A stretch of 21,024 nucleotides of DNA. Origin: Octopus sinensis. Taxonomy: Eukaryota. Position numbers and translations under genes: made by a program. Each line of letters opens with the position of its first letter. Position 1 is the first letter of the stretch. Shown here one piece after another: positions 1 through 9,356 of this stretch. Below the pieces are notes generated by a model. It did no database searches. It had not been told where the DNA came from and saw nothing but the letters and a program-made list of their open reading frames with translations. The stretch lies in NCBI RefSeq assembly GCF_006345805.1, contig NW_021823787.1, positions 1 through 21,024 on the forward strand, read 5' to 3'.

Positions 1-492
1 ATTAATTATTTTACCCTCAATTGTTGAAATTATAATTATCTCTCTCTATTTAATGCTTCGGATTTTAACGAAAAAGCATAGTGTTTACTGATTTTACCCA
101 CGCTGGTGGAAAGGGGAGAGCAGAAATTCTTCGCTTGCATATTTTGGGTTTTGCTGCACTGTTGTTTCGAGCAGATCTTCAGAAGCGATAAGAGCCGAAA
201 GGGTATGCTCCCACTTTCAGTTTTTCAAATCCCAAACCAAGGAGTTCTGAGCTGTGATAGAAATGTCGAGTTGACTAATCTTGAAACGTACGTTCTCAAT
301 AACCTTTGGCATTTGATTTTTTAATGTCTTTACCCCCATACTTTCCTGAGTTGAATTGAGCAAACACTATATGAGAGAGATGTTCTTTAAGTATTATAAA
401 TATTTTTAAAAAAGTTTTTTTAGCTACTATTTCTAATGAGTTCATTATGTGAAAGTAATTTATTTTACTAAGCCCTTTATATAGAATTTATA

Positions 493-505
493 TTATATAT
501 CTATA

Positions 506-536
<31 letters not shown>

Positions 537-752
537 ATGTATATATATATATACATTAGATATATGCGTGCGTACACACACACACACATACACAACACAC
601 ATACACACACATATATATATAGGTATGCTTATATGTATTTGAAGATGGAGAATCGTAACATCTGGCCATGTATGAAAACAATAAACACCTGGTGTGTGCG
701 TGTGTGTGTGCGCGCATATGTAGGTGTATGGATATATGAAGTGTGTATGTGT
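493..752. repeat. Compound (TA)/(TG)/(CA) microsatellite tract
   Basis: Runs of tg, ta and ca dinucleotides; accounts for the ORFs at 501-797. Confidence 0.9.
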
Positions 753-1148
753 ACGGTACGAGTAATGGTTTAGCCAAATTGGTAGAGCTCTGGACAAAAT
801 TCCTCCTTGAAGTATTTAATTACGTTCATGGACATTCTGTGTTCAAATCAGAGTAAAGTCAGTTACAGTGTCATACAAACGCTCTAATGCATATAGTTAC
901 GTACCTTGAAATTCCGAGTTCAAATCCTGCTAGTGAAGTCTTTTTTATTAAGAGTGATGCTAAAGTGTCGTAGAAAATGTCTGAGGTGTATATTTATAAC
1001 TCTTTATGTTCTGGGTTCAAATTTCACTGGGTTCTATCGATGAAATATTTGCAAATCATACCTCTATCCATTAATGAATTCTGTATCTCTCTACACACGC
1101 AACCACACTGATATAATTTGTTCGAACTATTAATTAACGCTTTATATA

Positions 1149-1545
1149 TCTTTATATATAAAAATGAAGTTGTGTGTCTGTCTCCTACGATTTAGATTCC
1201 TAACTACTCCCACATTTTGCGGTGCAGTTTAACCAAAACCGGGTATCTTATAGTCGTGATTCATACCGAGCCCTTCTGGGTATTAGCGCGCGTCTACGAT
1301 GAGTCTACGATTTAAAAAAAAAATTACCAGCATTTTTTTCCATTTTAATGCATTTTTTCGCTATTATATAATGGAAGTAACTCTCTAAAAATGTCTACGA
1401 TGAGTCTACGATTAAAAAAAAAATTACCATAATTACTTTTCCATTTTTAATGCATTTTTTTGCTATTTTTTGGCTATAACTCTCTAAAAATGCTTATATA
1501 GTTATTTCCCTTACAAACCCGAGCAACGCCGGGCGATACTGCTAG
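1149..1545 (+). mobile_element. Non-autonomous Helitron, copy 1
   Basis: Starts A|TCTTTATATATAAAA, ends with hairpin CCCGAGCAACGCCGGG (1518-1533) then CTAG|T (1542-1546). A|T target, no TSD. Internal ~100-bp tandem duplication (1292-1392 / 1393-1492). Second copy at 5687-6201. Confidence 0.85.
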
Positions 1546-1675
1546 TTTAAAATAAATTTTGACTCTAGTTGGTAACAGTAAAAATTATGACAGATCACAA
1601 CCTGATCTTTTCACAAAAATCATATAGACACTGTTAGAACCTTGAGCAAGTTTAGAAACCATGAGGAGAGAGGGA

Positions 1676-1811
1676 AGTCGATCCGTCGACTACAGTAATT
1701 GATTGGTACTTTATTTTATTGACCCCGTAACGATGACAAACAATGATGACCTCGGTGGGATTAGAACTCAGAACGTAAAGATTTTTTATCGGGTGTGCTA
1801 GCGATTCTGCC
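1676..1811 (-). mobile_element. Degenerate SINE family B relic
   Basis: Contains gaactcagaacgt, ttgacccc and gctagcgattctgcca, matching the family B body and head in reverse. Confidence 0.6.
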
Positions 1812-1953
1812 AAAAATGTAACAGACCTATGAGTGGTCATGGCTGGAAGATGTGTGCATGCATATGTGCCTGCGGGTTGTCACTGGTATGTCGAGCTGAT
1901 CTGTCAGCTAGGTACAGGTTCCATTGTCGGCTGGTAAATATACTACGTTTCAC

Positions 1954-2337
1954 TGGAGGCGCAATGGCCCAGTGGTTAGGGCAGCGGACTCGCGGTCATA
2001 GGATCGCGGTTTCGATTCCCAGACCGGGCGTTGTGAGTGTTTATTGAGCGAAAACACCTAAAGCTCCACGAGGCTCCGACAGGGAATAGTGGTGATCCCT
2101 GCTGTACTCTTTCACCACAACTTTCTCTCACTCTTACTTCCTGTTTCTGTTGTACCTGTATTTCAAAGGGCCGGCCTGGTCACTCTCTGTGTCACGCTGA
2201 ATATCCCCGAGAACTACGTTAAGGGTACACGTGTCTGTGGAGTGCTCAGCCACTTACACGTTAATTTCACGAGCAGGCTGTTCCGTTGATTCAGATCAAC
2301 CGGAACCCTCGTCGTCGGAACCGACGAAGTGCTTCCC
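1954..2337 (+). mobile_element. tRNA-derived SINE family A, full length, 14-bp TSD
   Basis: A box TGGCCCAGTGG, B-box-like GGTTTCGATTCC. Perfect flanking duplication ATACTACGTTTCAC at 1940-1953 and 2338-2351. Four further copies in the window. Confidence 0.95.
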
Positions 2338-2351
2338 ATACTACGTTTCAC

Positions 2352-2548
2352 ATTTTGGCTCAAGGTCAACAATTTCAGGAGTTAGCCGATTTCATCGACC
2401 CTAGTGCTCAACTGGTACATAGTTTAGCGACTCCTAAAGGATAAAACACAAAGCTGACTGCCATGGAATTTGAACTCAGAACTTAAGGAAGAACTAAATG
2501 CCGCAAAAGCATTTTCTTCGATGTGCTAACGATTATACTAGCTCGCTT
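2352..2548 (-). mobile_element. Older SINE family B monomer with the alternative (ccaaaat-type) tail
   Basis: ggaatttgaactcagaac, catcgaccctagtgctcaactggtac and gtgctaacgatt match family B. The tail resembles that at 16723-16760. Confidence 0.7.
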
Positions 2549-2576
2549 CCTCGATAACTCCATACCAATATTTATT

Positions 2577-3210
2577 GGCCGAAACGTTAGCACGCCGGGT
2601 GAAATGCGTAGCCGAATTTCGTCTGTCGTTACGTTCTGAGTTCAAATTCCGCCGAGGTCGACTTTGCCTTTTTATCCTTTCGGGGTCGATAAATAAAGTA
2701 CCAGTTTCCCACTGTGGTCGATGCAATCGACTTAATCCCTTTGTCTGTCCTTGTTTGTCCCCTCTATGTTTAGCCCCTTATGGGTAGTAAATAAGGTTAA
2801 TAGCTACGTAAAGAAATTGATATTTCGTCTGCCGTTACGTTCTGAGTTCAAATTCCGCCGAGGTCGACTTTGCCTTTTTATCCTTTCGGGGTCGATTAAA
2901 TAAAGTACCAGTTTCCCACTGGGGTCGATGTAATCGACTTAATCCGTTTGTCTGTCCTTGTTTGTCCTCTCTGTGTTTAGCCCCTTGTGGGTAGTAAAGA
3001 AGGTTAATAGCTACGTAAAGAAATAGATATTTCGTCTGCCGTTACGTTCTGAGTTCAAATTCCGCCGAGGTCGACTTTGCCTTTTCATCCTTTCGGGGTC
3101 GATAAATAAAGTACCAGTTTCCCATTGGGGTCGATGCAATCGACTTAATCCCTTTGTCTGTCCTTGTTTGTCCCCTCTATGTTTAGCCCCTTGTGGGCAG
3201 TAAAGAAATA
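2577..3210 (+). mobile_element. SINE family B trimer: one 5'-clipped head plus three 206-207-bp bodies
   Basis: atttcgtctg recurs at 2616, 2822 and 3029. Units are joined by the linker ggttaatagctacgtaaagaaat(t/a)g. The last unit ends gggcagtaaagaaata. Confidence 0.93.
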
Positions 3211-3337
3211 CATTTATTCATCATTCTAGCCAGGATTATCTCTTCTATATTATCCAGTGTGTTCTCCTTTGTTTGAGGAGGTAGATTGTGGTTTCAGCTA
3301 GACATTCGCTGCTATTTCTAGGATACCTGCTATTTCT

Positions 3338-3770
3338 AGGCGTAGGAGTGGCTGTGTGGTAAGTAGCTTGTTTACCAACCACATTGTTCCGGGTTCAGTC
3401 CCACTGCGTGGCATCTTGGGCAACTATCTTCTGCTATAGCCCCGGGCCGACCAATACCTTGTGAGTGGATTTGGTAGACGGAAACTGAAAGAAGCCTGTC
3501 GTATATATGTATATATGTATATATATATGTGTGTGTGTGTGTTTGTGTGTCTGTGTTTGTCCCCCCTAGCATTGCTTGACAACCGATGCTGGTGTGTTTA
3601 CGTCCCCGTCACTTAGCGGTTCGGCAAAACAGACCGATAGAATAAGTACTGGGCTTACAAAAGAATAAGTCCCGGGGTCGAGTTGCACGATTAAAAAAAA
3701 AGGCGGTGCTCCAGCATGGCCGCAGTCAAATGACTGAAACAAGTAAAAGAGTAAAGAGTAAAAGAGAGTA
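3338..3770 (+). mobile_element. tRNA-derived SINE family C, full length
   Basis: Head aggagtggctgtgtggtaag...ggttcagtccc, CORE-like tcttgggcaa motif, internal (TA)(TG) tract, tail ggcggtgctccagcatggccgcag...(aagagta)n. Near-identical copy at 6340. Confidence 0.93.
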
Positions 3771-4092
3771 TACCAAGCGACCACAGACGCATTTCCTCGT
3801 TCCCTCATAAATTTATTAAAATGGATCGAACAGCTGTTTCATACGTGAAGTAGAAAATCCGACAAGTTTGTCAATTTTTTTGTTTCCTCTGAATGAAAAC
3901 AGTCTACGTAACCATTTGCTATTCACTATATATTCCTATTATTTAGTTTTTAGGATGTTTATTTTCACATATATCATAAACATACTGGAAACATATGCAG
4001 AGATATCACCTGGTCAAACAAAAAATGTACTAGTTGAACTTCAAGAAATAGGAATTATATACTGCTAGAAAAAGCAGTCAAATTTCTATTAA

Positions 4093-4489
4093 CCCCTTAC
4101 CCAACAATTATTTTGAAAATAAATGCATTTTTCAGACATATTTTTTATTGTTTTATTTTACTATGTTTTGAATGGTGATTTCGAGCTATATTTCAAACCT
4201 TATTCATTATTCATAAAATGTGCCTTCCAACCCTTCGACTGTCTCCAGGTGACTAAATCATACTCGGTCTTCAATGCCTTACTCAAGCGAAAGGTGGCAG
4301 AAATCGTCACTGCCAGACGTATAAAGTGAGCGAATATACTCGTATATGTCAAAAAAGAGTTTATAATAGACGAAGGAACTCGTTTGCTGTCGATTTTGGC
4401 GAGTCTATCTTTTGACGAGTTAACTCGCCAGAGATAGAAAAAAACGATTTCGGTCAAAACGCATATACTCGTTTCTGCCGGGTAAGGGG
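4093..4489. mobile_element. Possible piggyBac-like MITE / deletion derivative
   Basis: TTAA|CCCCTTACCC (4089-4102) and GGGTAAGGGG|TTAG (4480-4493). Identity stops after 10 bp. Repeated ATATACTCGT (4334, 4463) and palindrome CGAGTTAACTCG (4416-4427) near the right end. Confidence 0.45.
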
Positions 4490-4650
4490 TTAGATCGTAT
4501 TCTATGTCTTAAATAATGCTACTTCGGGCTTTGTCGTCCCTGGTATTACAAAAATACGGCAGCCACAACTGACAAATATTTGATTGTGAGTCTAATTTAC
4601 CTGGGCCGATCAGACAGAAATTGCAATAATAATGATAATGAATCTATTGG

Positions 4651-5037
4651 ATTGAAGCACTCCGTCGGTTACGACGACGAGGGTTCCGGTTGATCCGAAT
4701 CAACGGAACAGCCTGCTCGTGAAATTAACGTGTAAGTGGCTGAGCACTCCACAGACACGTGTACCCTTAACGTAGTTCTCGGGGATATTCAGCGTGACAC
4801 AGAGAGTGACAAGAACCGGCCCTTTGAAATACAGGTACAACAGAAACAGGAAGTAAGAGTGAGAGAAAGTTGTGGTGAAAGAGTACAGCAGGGATCACCA
4901 CCATCCCCTGCCGGAGCCTCGTGGAGCTTTAGGTGTTTTCGCTCAATAAACACTCACAACACCCGGTCTGGGAATTGAAACCGCGATCCTACGAACGCGA
5001 GTCCGCTGCCCTAACCACTGGGCCATTACGCCTCCAC
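4651..5037 (-). mobile_element. SINE family A, full length
   Basis: Reverse complement of the 1954-2337 element over its whole length. No clear TSD. Confidence 0.93.
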
Positions 5038-5050
5038 TACGGCCTCCATA

Positions 5051-5207
5051 ACCTAGCGGTTCGGTAAACGACACCTATACTACAGGTACCATACTTTAAA
5101 ACAAAAATAAGTACTGAGGTCGACCAGTTCGACTAAAATTCTTCAGGACTATGCCCTAGCATGGCAGCAGTCTAATAACTGAATTATGTGAAAGATAAAG
5201 ATAAAAA
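5051..5207 (+). mobile_element. Diverged 3' half of a family C-like SINE
   Basis: tagcggttcgg, aataagtactgaggtcga and gccctagcatggcagcagtc align loosely to the family C 3' half. Confidence 0.55.
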
Positions 5208-5293
5208 GATATCTCGGTTTCAAACATGACATCCCTCAGCAAATGATAGATTGGTATATAAAACTGCTTTCCGCAGTTCTATATTTAAGAGAT

Positions 5294-5536
5294 GAGGGCA
5301 TGTGGCGTAGTGGTTAAGAGCGCGGGCTACTAATTCCAAGATTCCGAGTTCGATTCCAAGCAGTGACCAGAATAATAATAATAATTATAATAATAATAAT
5401 AATAATAATAATGACAACAACATCGAAAAACACCTTAGGAATAAGAACCCAGGTTCAAAATTTCCCCAAGACACCTGATGTAGGCTGGAGAGTATATCAG
5501 CCGAAACGTTGTGTTAACAACAAACAAGATGAGGAC
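5294..5536 (+). mobile_element. tRNA-headed SINE family D with internal (AAT)n and a hammerhead-like 3' end
   Basis: A box TGGCGTAGTGG, B box GAGTTCGATTCC, (AAT)n at ~5371-5412. Possible 6-bp TSD AGAGAT (5288-5293 / 5537-5542). Confidence 0.8.
5470..5515 (+). ncRNA. Minimal type I hammerhead ribozyme motif, one core substitution
   Basis: Stem I GACAC/GTGTT. Core CTGATGT (A9 to T) plus extra A. Stem II GGCTG/CAGCC, then GAAA, palindromic ACGT stem III, predicted GUU site at 5510. Confidence 0.7.
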
Positions 5537-5686
5537 AGAGATAATGAAATTTTGCGTGGATACATCTGACTTCCACTGCAAGAGGGTTAAATTCTTTAAG
5601 ACAGTGAGCCATAATATTTTTTTGCTGTTAGGGAACCCTTGAAATAAATTCGCTATATGAGAGAAAGAAAAGTACTTTATATTAAA

Positions 5687-6201
5687 CTAGCAGTATCGCC
5701 CGGCGTTGCTCGGATTTGTAAGGGAAATAACTATATAAGCATTTTTAGAGAGTTACTTCCCTTATAGATGCCAATTCGGGCTTTCTTAGCCATTTCTGTT
5801 TTGGTGTCTTCAAGCCATGAAGTCGTTGTTCTAAAAGAACGCTGGTCTCCTTGACAACGCTTTACGACGTTGATTTCCTTACACTCCCTTCCCCACAGCT
5901 TTACGAGGGAGGGAAGAAGGGGGAGAAGCAACACAGGTGCAGGTGTGACCATGGACGCCAACTCCGCCGCCATCGACACACGAAAAAATATGCATTAAAA
6001 TGGAATAAAAAATGATGTTAAATTATTTTTAAAAATCGTAGACTCATCGTAGACGCGCGCTAATACTCAGACGGGCTCGATATGAATCACGACTATAAGA
6101 TACCCGAATTTGGTTAAATTGCACCGCAAAATGTGGGAGTAGTTAGGAATCTAAATCGAAGGGGACAGACACTCACACAACTACAGTTTTATATATATAG
6201 A
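5687..6201 (-). mobile_element. Non-autonomous Helitron, copy 2
   Basis: Minus strand reads A|TCTATATATATAAAA...TCCGAGCAACGCCGGGCGATACTGCTAG|T. Shares both ends with 1149-1545 but carries ~215 bp (about 5766-5980) absent from copy 1. Confidence 0.85.
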
Positions 6202-6339
6202 TTACACCTTTGTTAATTGTTTACTCTTTCGTAAACTTTTTAACTCTTTAGCTTCAGCTCGAGAACTAGGGTACTGCCTTCGAGTTAAATTTCTCAAAGT
6301 AACCACCATATATTTTTTTGATGGAAAAAAAACAAACTT

Positions 6340-6731
6340 AGGAGTGGCTGTGTGGTAAGTAGCTTGCTAACCAACCACATGGTTCCGGGTTCAGTCCCAC
6401 TGCGTGGCATCTTGGGCAAGTGTCTTCTGCTATAGCCCCGGGCCGACCAATGCCTTGTGAGTGGATTTGGTAGACGGAAACTGAAAGAAGCCTGTCGTAT
6501 ATATGTATATATATATATGTGTGTATGTCTGTGTTTGTCCCCCTAGCATTGCTTGACAACCGATGCTGGTGTGTTTACGTCCCCGTCACTTAGCGGTTCG
6601 GCAAAAGAGACCGATAGAATAAGTACTGGGCTTACAAGGAATAAGTCCTGGGGTCGATTTGCTCGACTAAAGGCGGTGCTCCAGCATGGCCGCAGTGAAA
6701 TGACTGAAACAAGTAAAAGAAAGAAAGAATA
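6340..6731 (+). mobile_element. SINE family C, near full length
   Basis: Collinear with 3338-3770; tail aagtaaaagaaagaaag. Confidence 0.93.
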
Positions 6732-7173
6732 GAAAAGCTCTTAGTTTTATTGACAAAGAGAAAATTAACGAGAATCAAACAGTTTATTTCAGAGAGCAAA
6801 AAGAAAGAGGTTTTCCTTCACACAAAATTCAAACAAAAAATTCAAACATAACTGTATTCACAGAAACAAACTTAACCCGATTCTTATTTAACACATATAA
6901 ACAGAAAGGAAAACAGATAACTGCTACAATAATTCAATCTTTTATTGTCAGTGTAGAAAGAGTATAAGATAAATTAAGGTAGTATGTTATATAGATCAAA
7001 GCCATGCTATTTTTGTAGCCAATTTAGATAATGAAGTTTGCTTACTTAATGAGAAACCTGTACATGTCTCTTGGTTTAAAAATGTTTAATTCGGGGTTGA
7101 ACTTTTAGATGAATAATGATGTATTTCACTTGTAAAGAGACAATCTCCGTCTTTATCCTGATTTTATCTTTGA

Positions 7174-7294
7174 TCTTTTACTTGTTTCAGTCATTGGACT
7201 GCGGCCATGCAGTACATATTTTCTAGAGCCTGATACTTATTCTATCGGTGTGTTTTGCCGAAGCGCCAAGTTATGGGGACGTAAAAACACCAGC
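7174..7294 (-). mobile_element. SINE family C 3' fragment, internally deleted
   Basis: tttacttgtttcagtcattggactgcggccatgc and tacttattctatcgg...gccgaa match the family C tail in reverse. Confidence 0.75.
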
Positions 7295-7295
7295 C

Positions 7296-7463
7296 GCTAC
7301 GTTCTGAGTTCAAATTCCGCCGAGGTCGACTTTGCCTTTCATCCTTTCGGGATCGATAAATTAAGTACCAGTTATGCACTGGGGTCGATATAATCGACTT
7401 AATCCGTTTGTCTGTCCTTGTTTATCCCCTCTGTATTTATACCCTTGTCGGCAATTAAGAAAT
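7296..7463 (+). mobile_element. SINE family B monomer lacking the A-box head
   Basis: gctacgttctgagttcaaattccgccgagg...ggcaattaagaaata. Confidence 0.9.
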
Positions 7464-7652
7464 AAGAGTGAGAGAAAGTTGGAGCGAAAGAGTACAACAG
7501 GGGTCTTCACCACAACCCCCTGCCGGAGCCTCGTGGACCTTTAGGCATTTTCGCTCAATAAACACACACAACGCCCGGTCTGGGAATCGAAACCGCGATC
7601 CTCCGACCGCGAGTCCGCTGCCCTAACCACTGGGCCATTGCGTCGCCTCCAC
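7464..7652 (-). mobile_element. SINE family A, 5' half only
   Basis: Reverse complement of the family A head through aagagtgagagaaag; abuts the family B tail. Confidence 0.9.
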
Positions 7653-7880
7653 TGTTGCTGCTGCTGCTGTTGTTCCTGCTGTTAATGCAGTTGCTGTTAT
7701 TGTTGTTGTTGTTGTTTTTGTTGTTGTTACTCTTGTCTTTGCTGCTGCTGCTGCTGCTGTTTGTTGTTGCTGTTGTTGTTGTTGTTGTTGTTGCCGTAAG
7801 CTGTTGTTGCAGTTTTTATTACTATTGTCTTCTGCCGCGGCTATTGTTGCTGGTGTTGCAGCCTGCTGTTGTCGCTGTTT
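7653..7880. repeat. (GTT/GCT)n trinucleotide tract, resuming at 8306-8390
   Basis: Direct inspection; gives the poly-L/V ORF 7655-7882. The tract is interrupted by the 7898 SINE. Confidence 0.9.
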
Positions 7881-7897
7881 AGATATTCTTACTGCTG

Positions 7898-8291
7898 GTG
7901 GAGGCGCAATGGCCCAGTGGTTAGGGCAGCGGACTCGCGGTCGAAGGATCGCGGTTTCGATTCCCAGACCGGGCGTTGTGAGTGTTTATTGAGCGAAAAC
8001 ATCTAAAAAAAGCTCCACGAGGCTCCGGCAGGAGGTGGTGGTGAACCCTGCTGTACTCTTTCACCACAACTTTCTCTCGCTCTTTCTTCCTGTTTCTCTT
8101 GTACCTGCATTTCAAGGGGCCGGCCTTGTCACTCTCTGTGTCACGCTGAATATCCCCAAGAACTACGTTAAGGGTGCACGTGTCTGTGGAGTGCTCTGCC
8201 ACTTGCACGTTAATATCACGAGCAGGCTGTTCCGTTGATCGTATCAGCTGGGACCCTCATCGTCGCAACCGACGGAGTGCTCCTTTTTTTT
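7898..8291 (+). mobile_element. SINE family A, full length, 14-bp TSD
   Basis: TATTCTTACTGCTG (7884-7897) vs TATTCTTACAGCTG (8292-8305), 13/14 identical. Short T run at the 3' end. Confidence 0.93.
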
Positions 8292-8349
8292 TATTCTTAC
8301 AGCTGTTGTTCTGGCCGTTGTCGTTGCTGTTGCAGTTGTTAGTTGTTGC

Positions 8350-8380
<31 letters not shown>

Positions 8381-8499
8381 GCTACTGTTGTGCAAAATGA
8401 ATTGGGCCCCTAATAAAAAATTAACGTATGATTTATGCACCGCGATGTTTTGCGACAGCAGCGATATAAATCTAGACTAAGATTGTGTCACTCTCTCAC

Positions 8500-8589
8500 T
8501 CACCCCCTTTATCTCTCTATCTTTTTACCTGTCTATCTATTTCTCTGTCTGTCTGTCTGTCTGTTTACCTGTCTGTCTCTCTCTCTCTT

Positions 8590-8625
<36 letters not shown>

Positions 8626-9035
8626 ACGTACACACACGTCTGCATATATTTATACACAGAAATGCACTCCTACAACTGAATACGCACCTAAAACACAGAC
8701 AAGATATCCTCCTGTATAGATGTCCACTCGAACGAACACACCTCGCAAATGTGCATATACACACAAACATACATACATTCACATATACACACACGCATAC
8801 ATGCACACTTGCGTACATACTTACATACTAGATACACACATGCACGCACATATTACAAGCACAGTTACATACAAGCATAACATCCATACATACCCGCATG
8901 TATACATCGACGGTTGCATACATACATACATACATATATACGTACGTGCCTACATACGTTTATACATATATTCATACACTTTTTAAAATATACACCACAT
9001 TTACACAAATACAGACATCGGCACATATCTATATA
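8500..9035. repeat. (CT)/(CTGT) then degenerate (CA)/(CATA) microsatellites
   Basis: Direct inspection. Confidence 0.8.
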
Positions 9036-9356
9036 AGCGCAAAATTGTAGCAATACTTACTAGAAGTTGATTTCATCAACGACTCAACAGACTTTTTTTT
9101 CTGATTGCTGGAACTCCTTCCAGAGTCCGACACAGATTAACACTCATAACCAAACGATCTCGCGCTGCGGCAATAGGACCACCAATTTCTGTTTCCAGTA
9201 TCTATCGCAGGAACACACACACTAAGTTGAAGGTTCCAAGTTGTCATCTTTGAGTTAAAGCAATCTATGAGATACAGGTAAATATAAATACGAATATAAA
9301 TATTACGAATTGAATTTCCCCCCCCCCCAATTACTGGATTTGAGTTTGTATGTATT

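Noticed and set aside
161-185. Minus-strand CTGAAGA-TCTGCTC-GAAAC hammerhead-like string
   Set aside because: The 7 nt between the core halves cannot form stem II and there is no stem I/III support.
1954-2030. Functional tRNA genes at the SINE heads (also 5294, 7898)
   Set aside because: No complete cloverleaf or acceptor stem; each runs into a repeated SINE body.
2570-3218. ATTTATT as a TSD of the B trimer
   Set aside because: Only 7 bp and AT-only, so it is expected by chance here.
3255-3340. Relics of a further old repeat (gctatttctag / ctaggaatagcagc; also near 15265-15560 and tggtcatggctggaa at ~1835 and ~15383)
   Set aside because: Matches are too short and scattered to set boundaries or assign a class.
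4654-4690. Twister-like wording (CACTCCG...GGTTAC...GAGGG) on the antisense of the SINE A tail
   Set aside because: It lacks the conserved UAA cleavage loop and P4, and is explained by the sense-strand 3' stem-loop.
5731-5979. 82-aa ORF inside Helitron copy 2
   Set aside because: No Rep/helicase motifs, and it ends in terminal sequence shared with copy 1.
1149-6201. One large palindromic duplication (Helitron+, A+ ... A-, Helitron-)
   Set aside because: Flanks of the paired elements are unrelated and the first A copy has its own TSD, so these are independent insertions.
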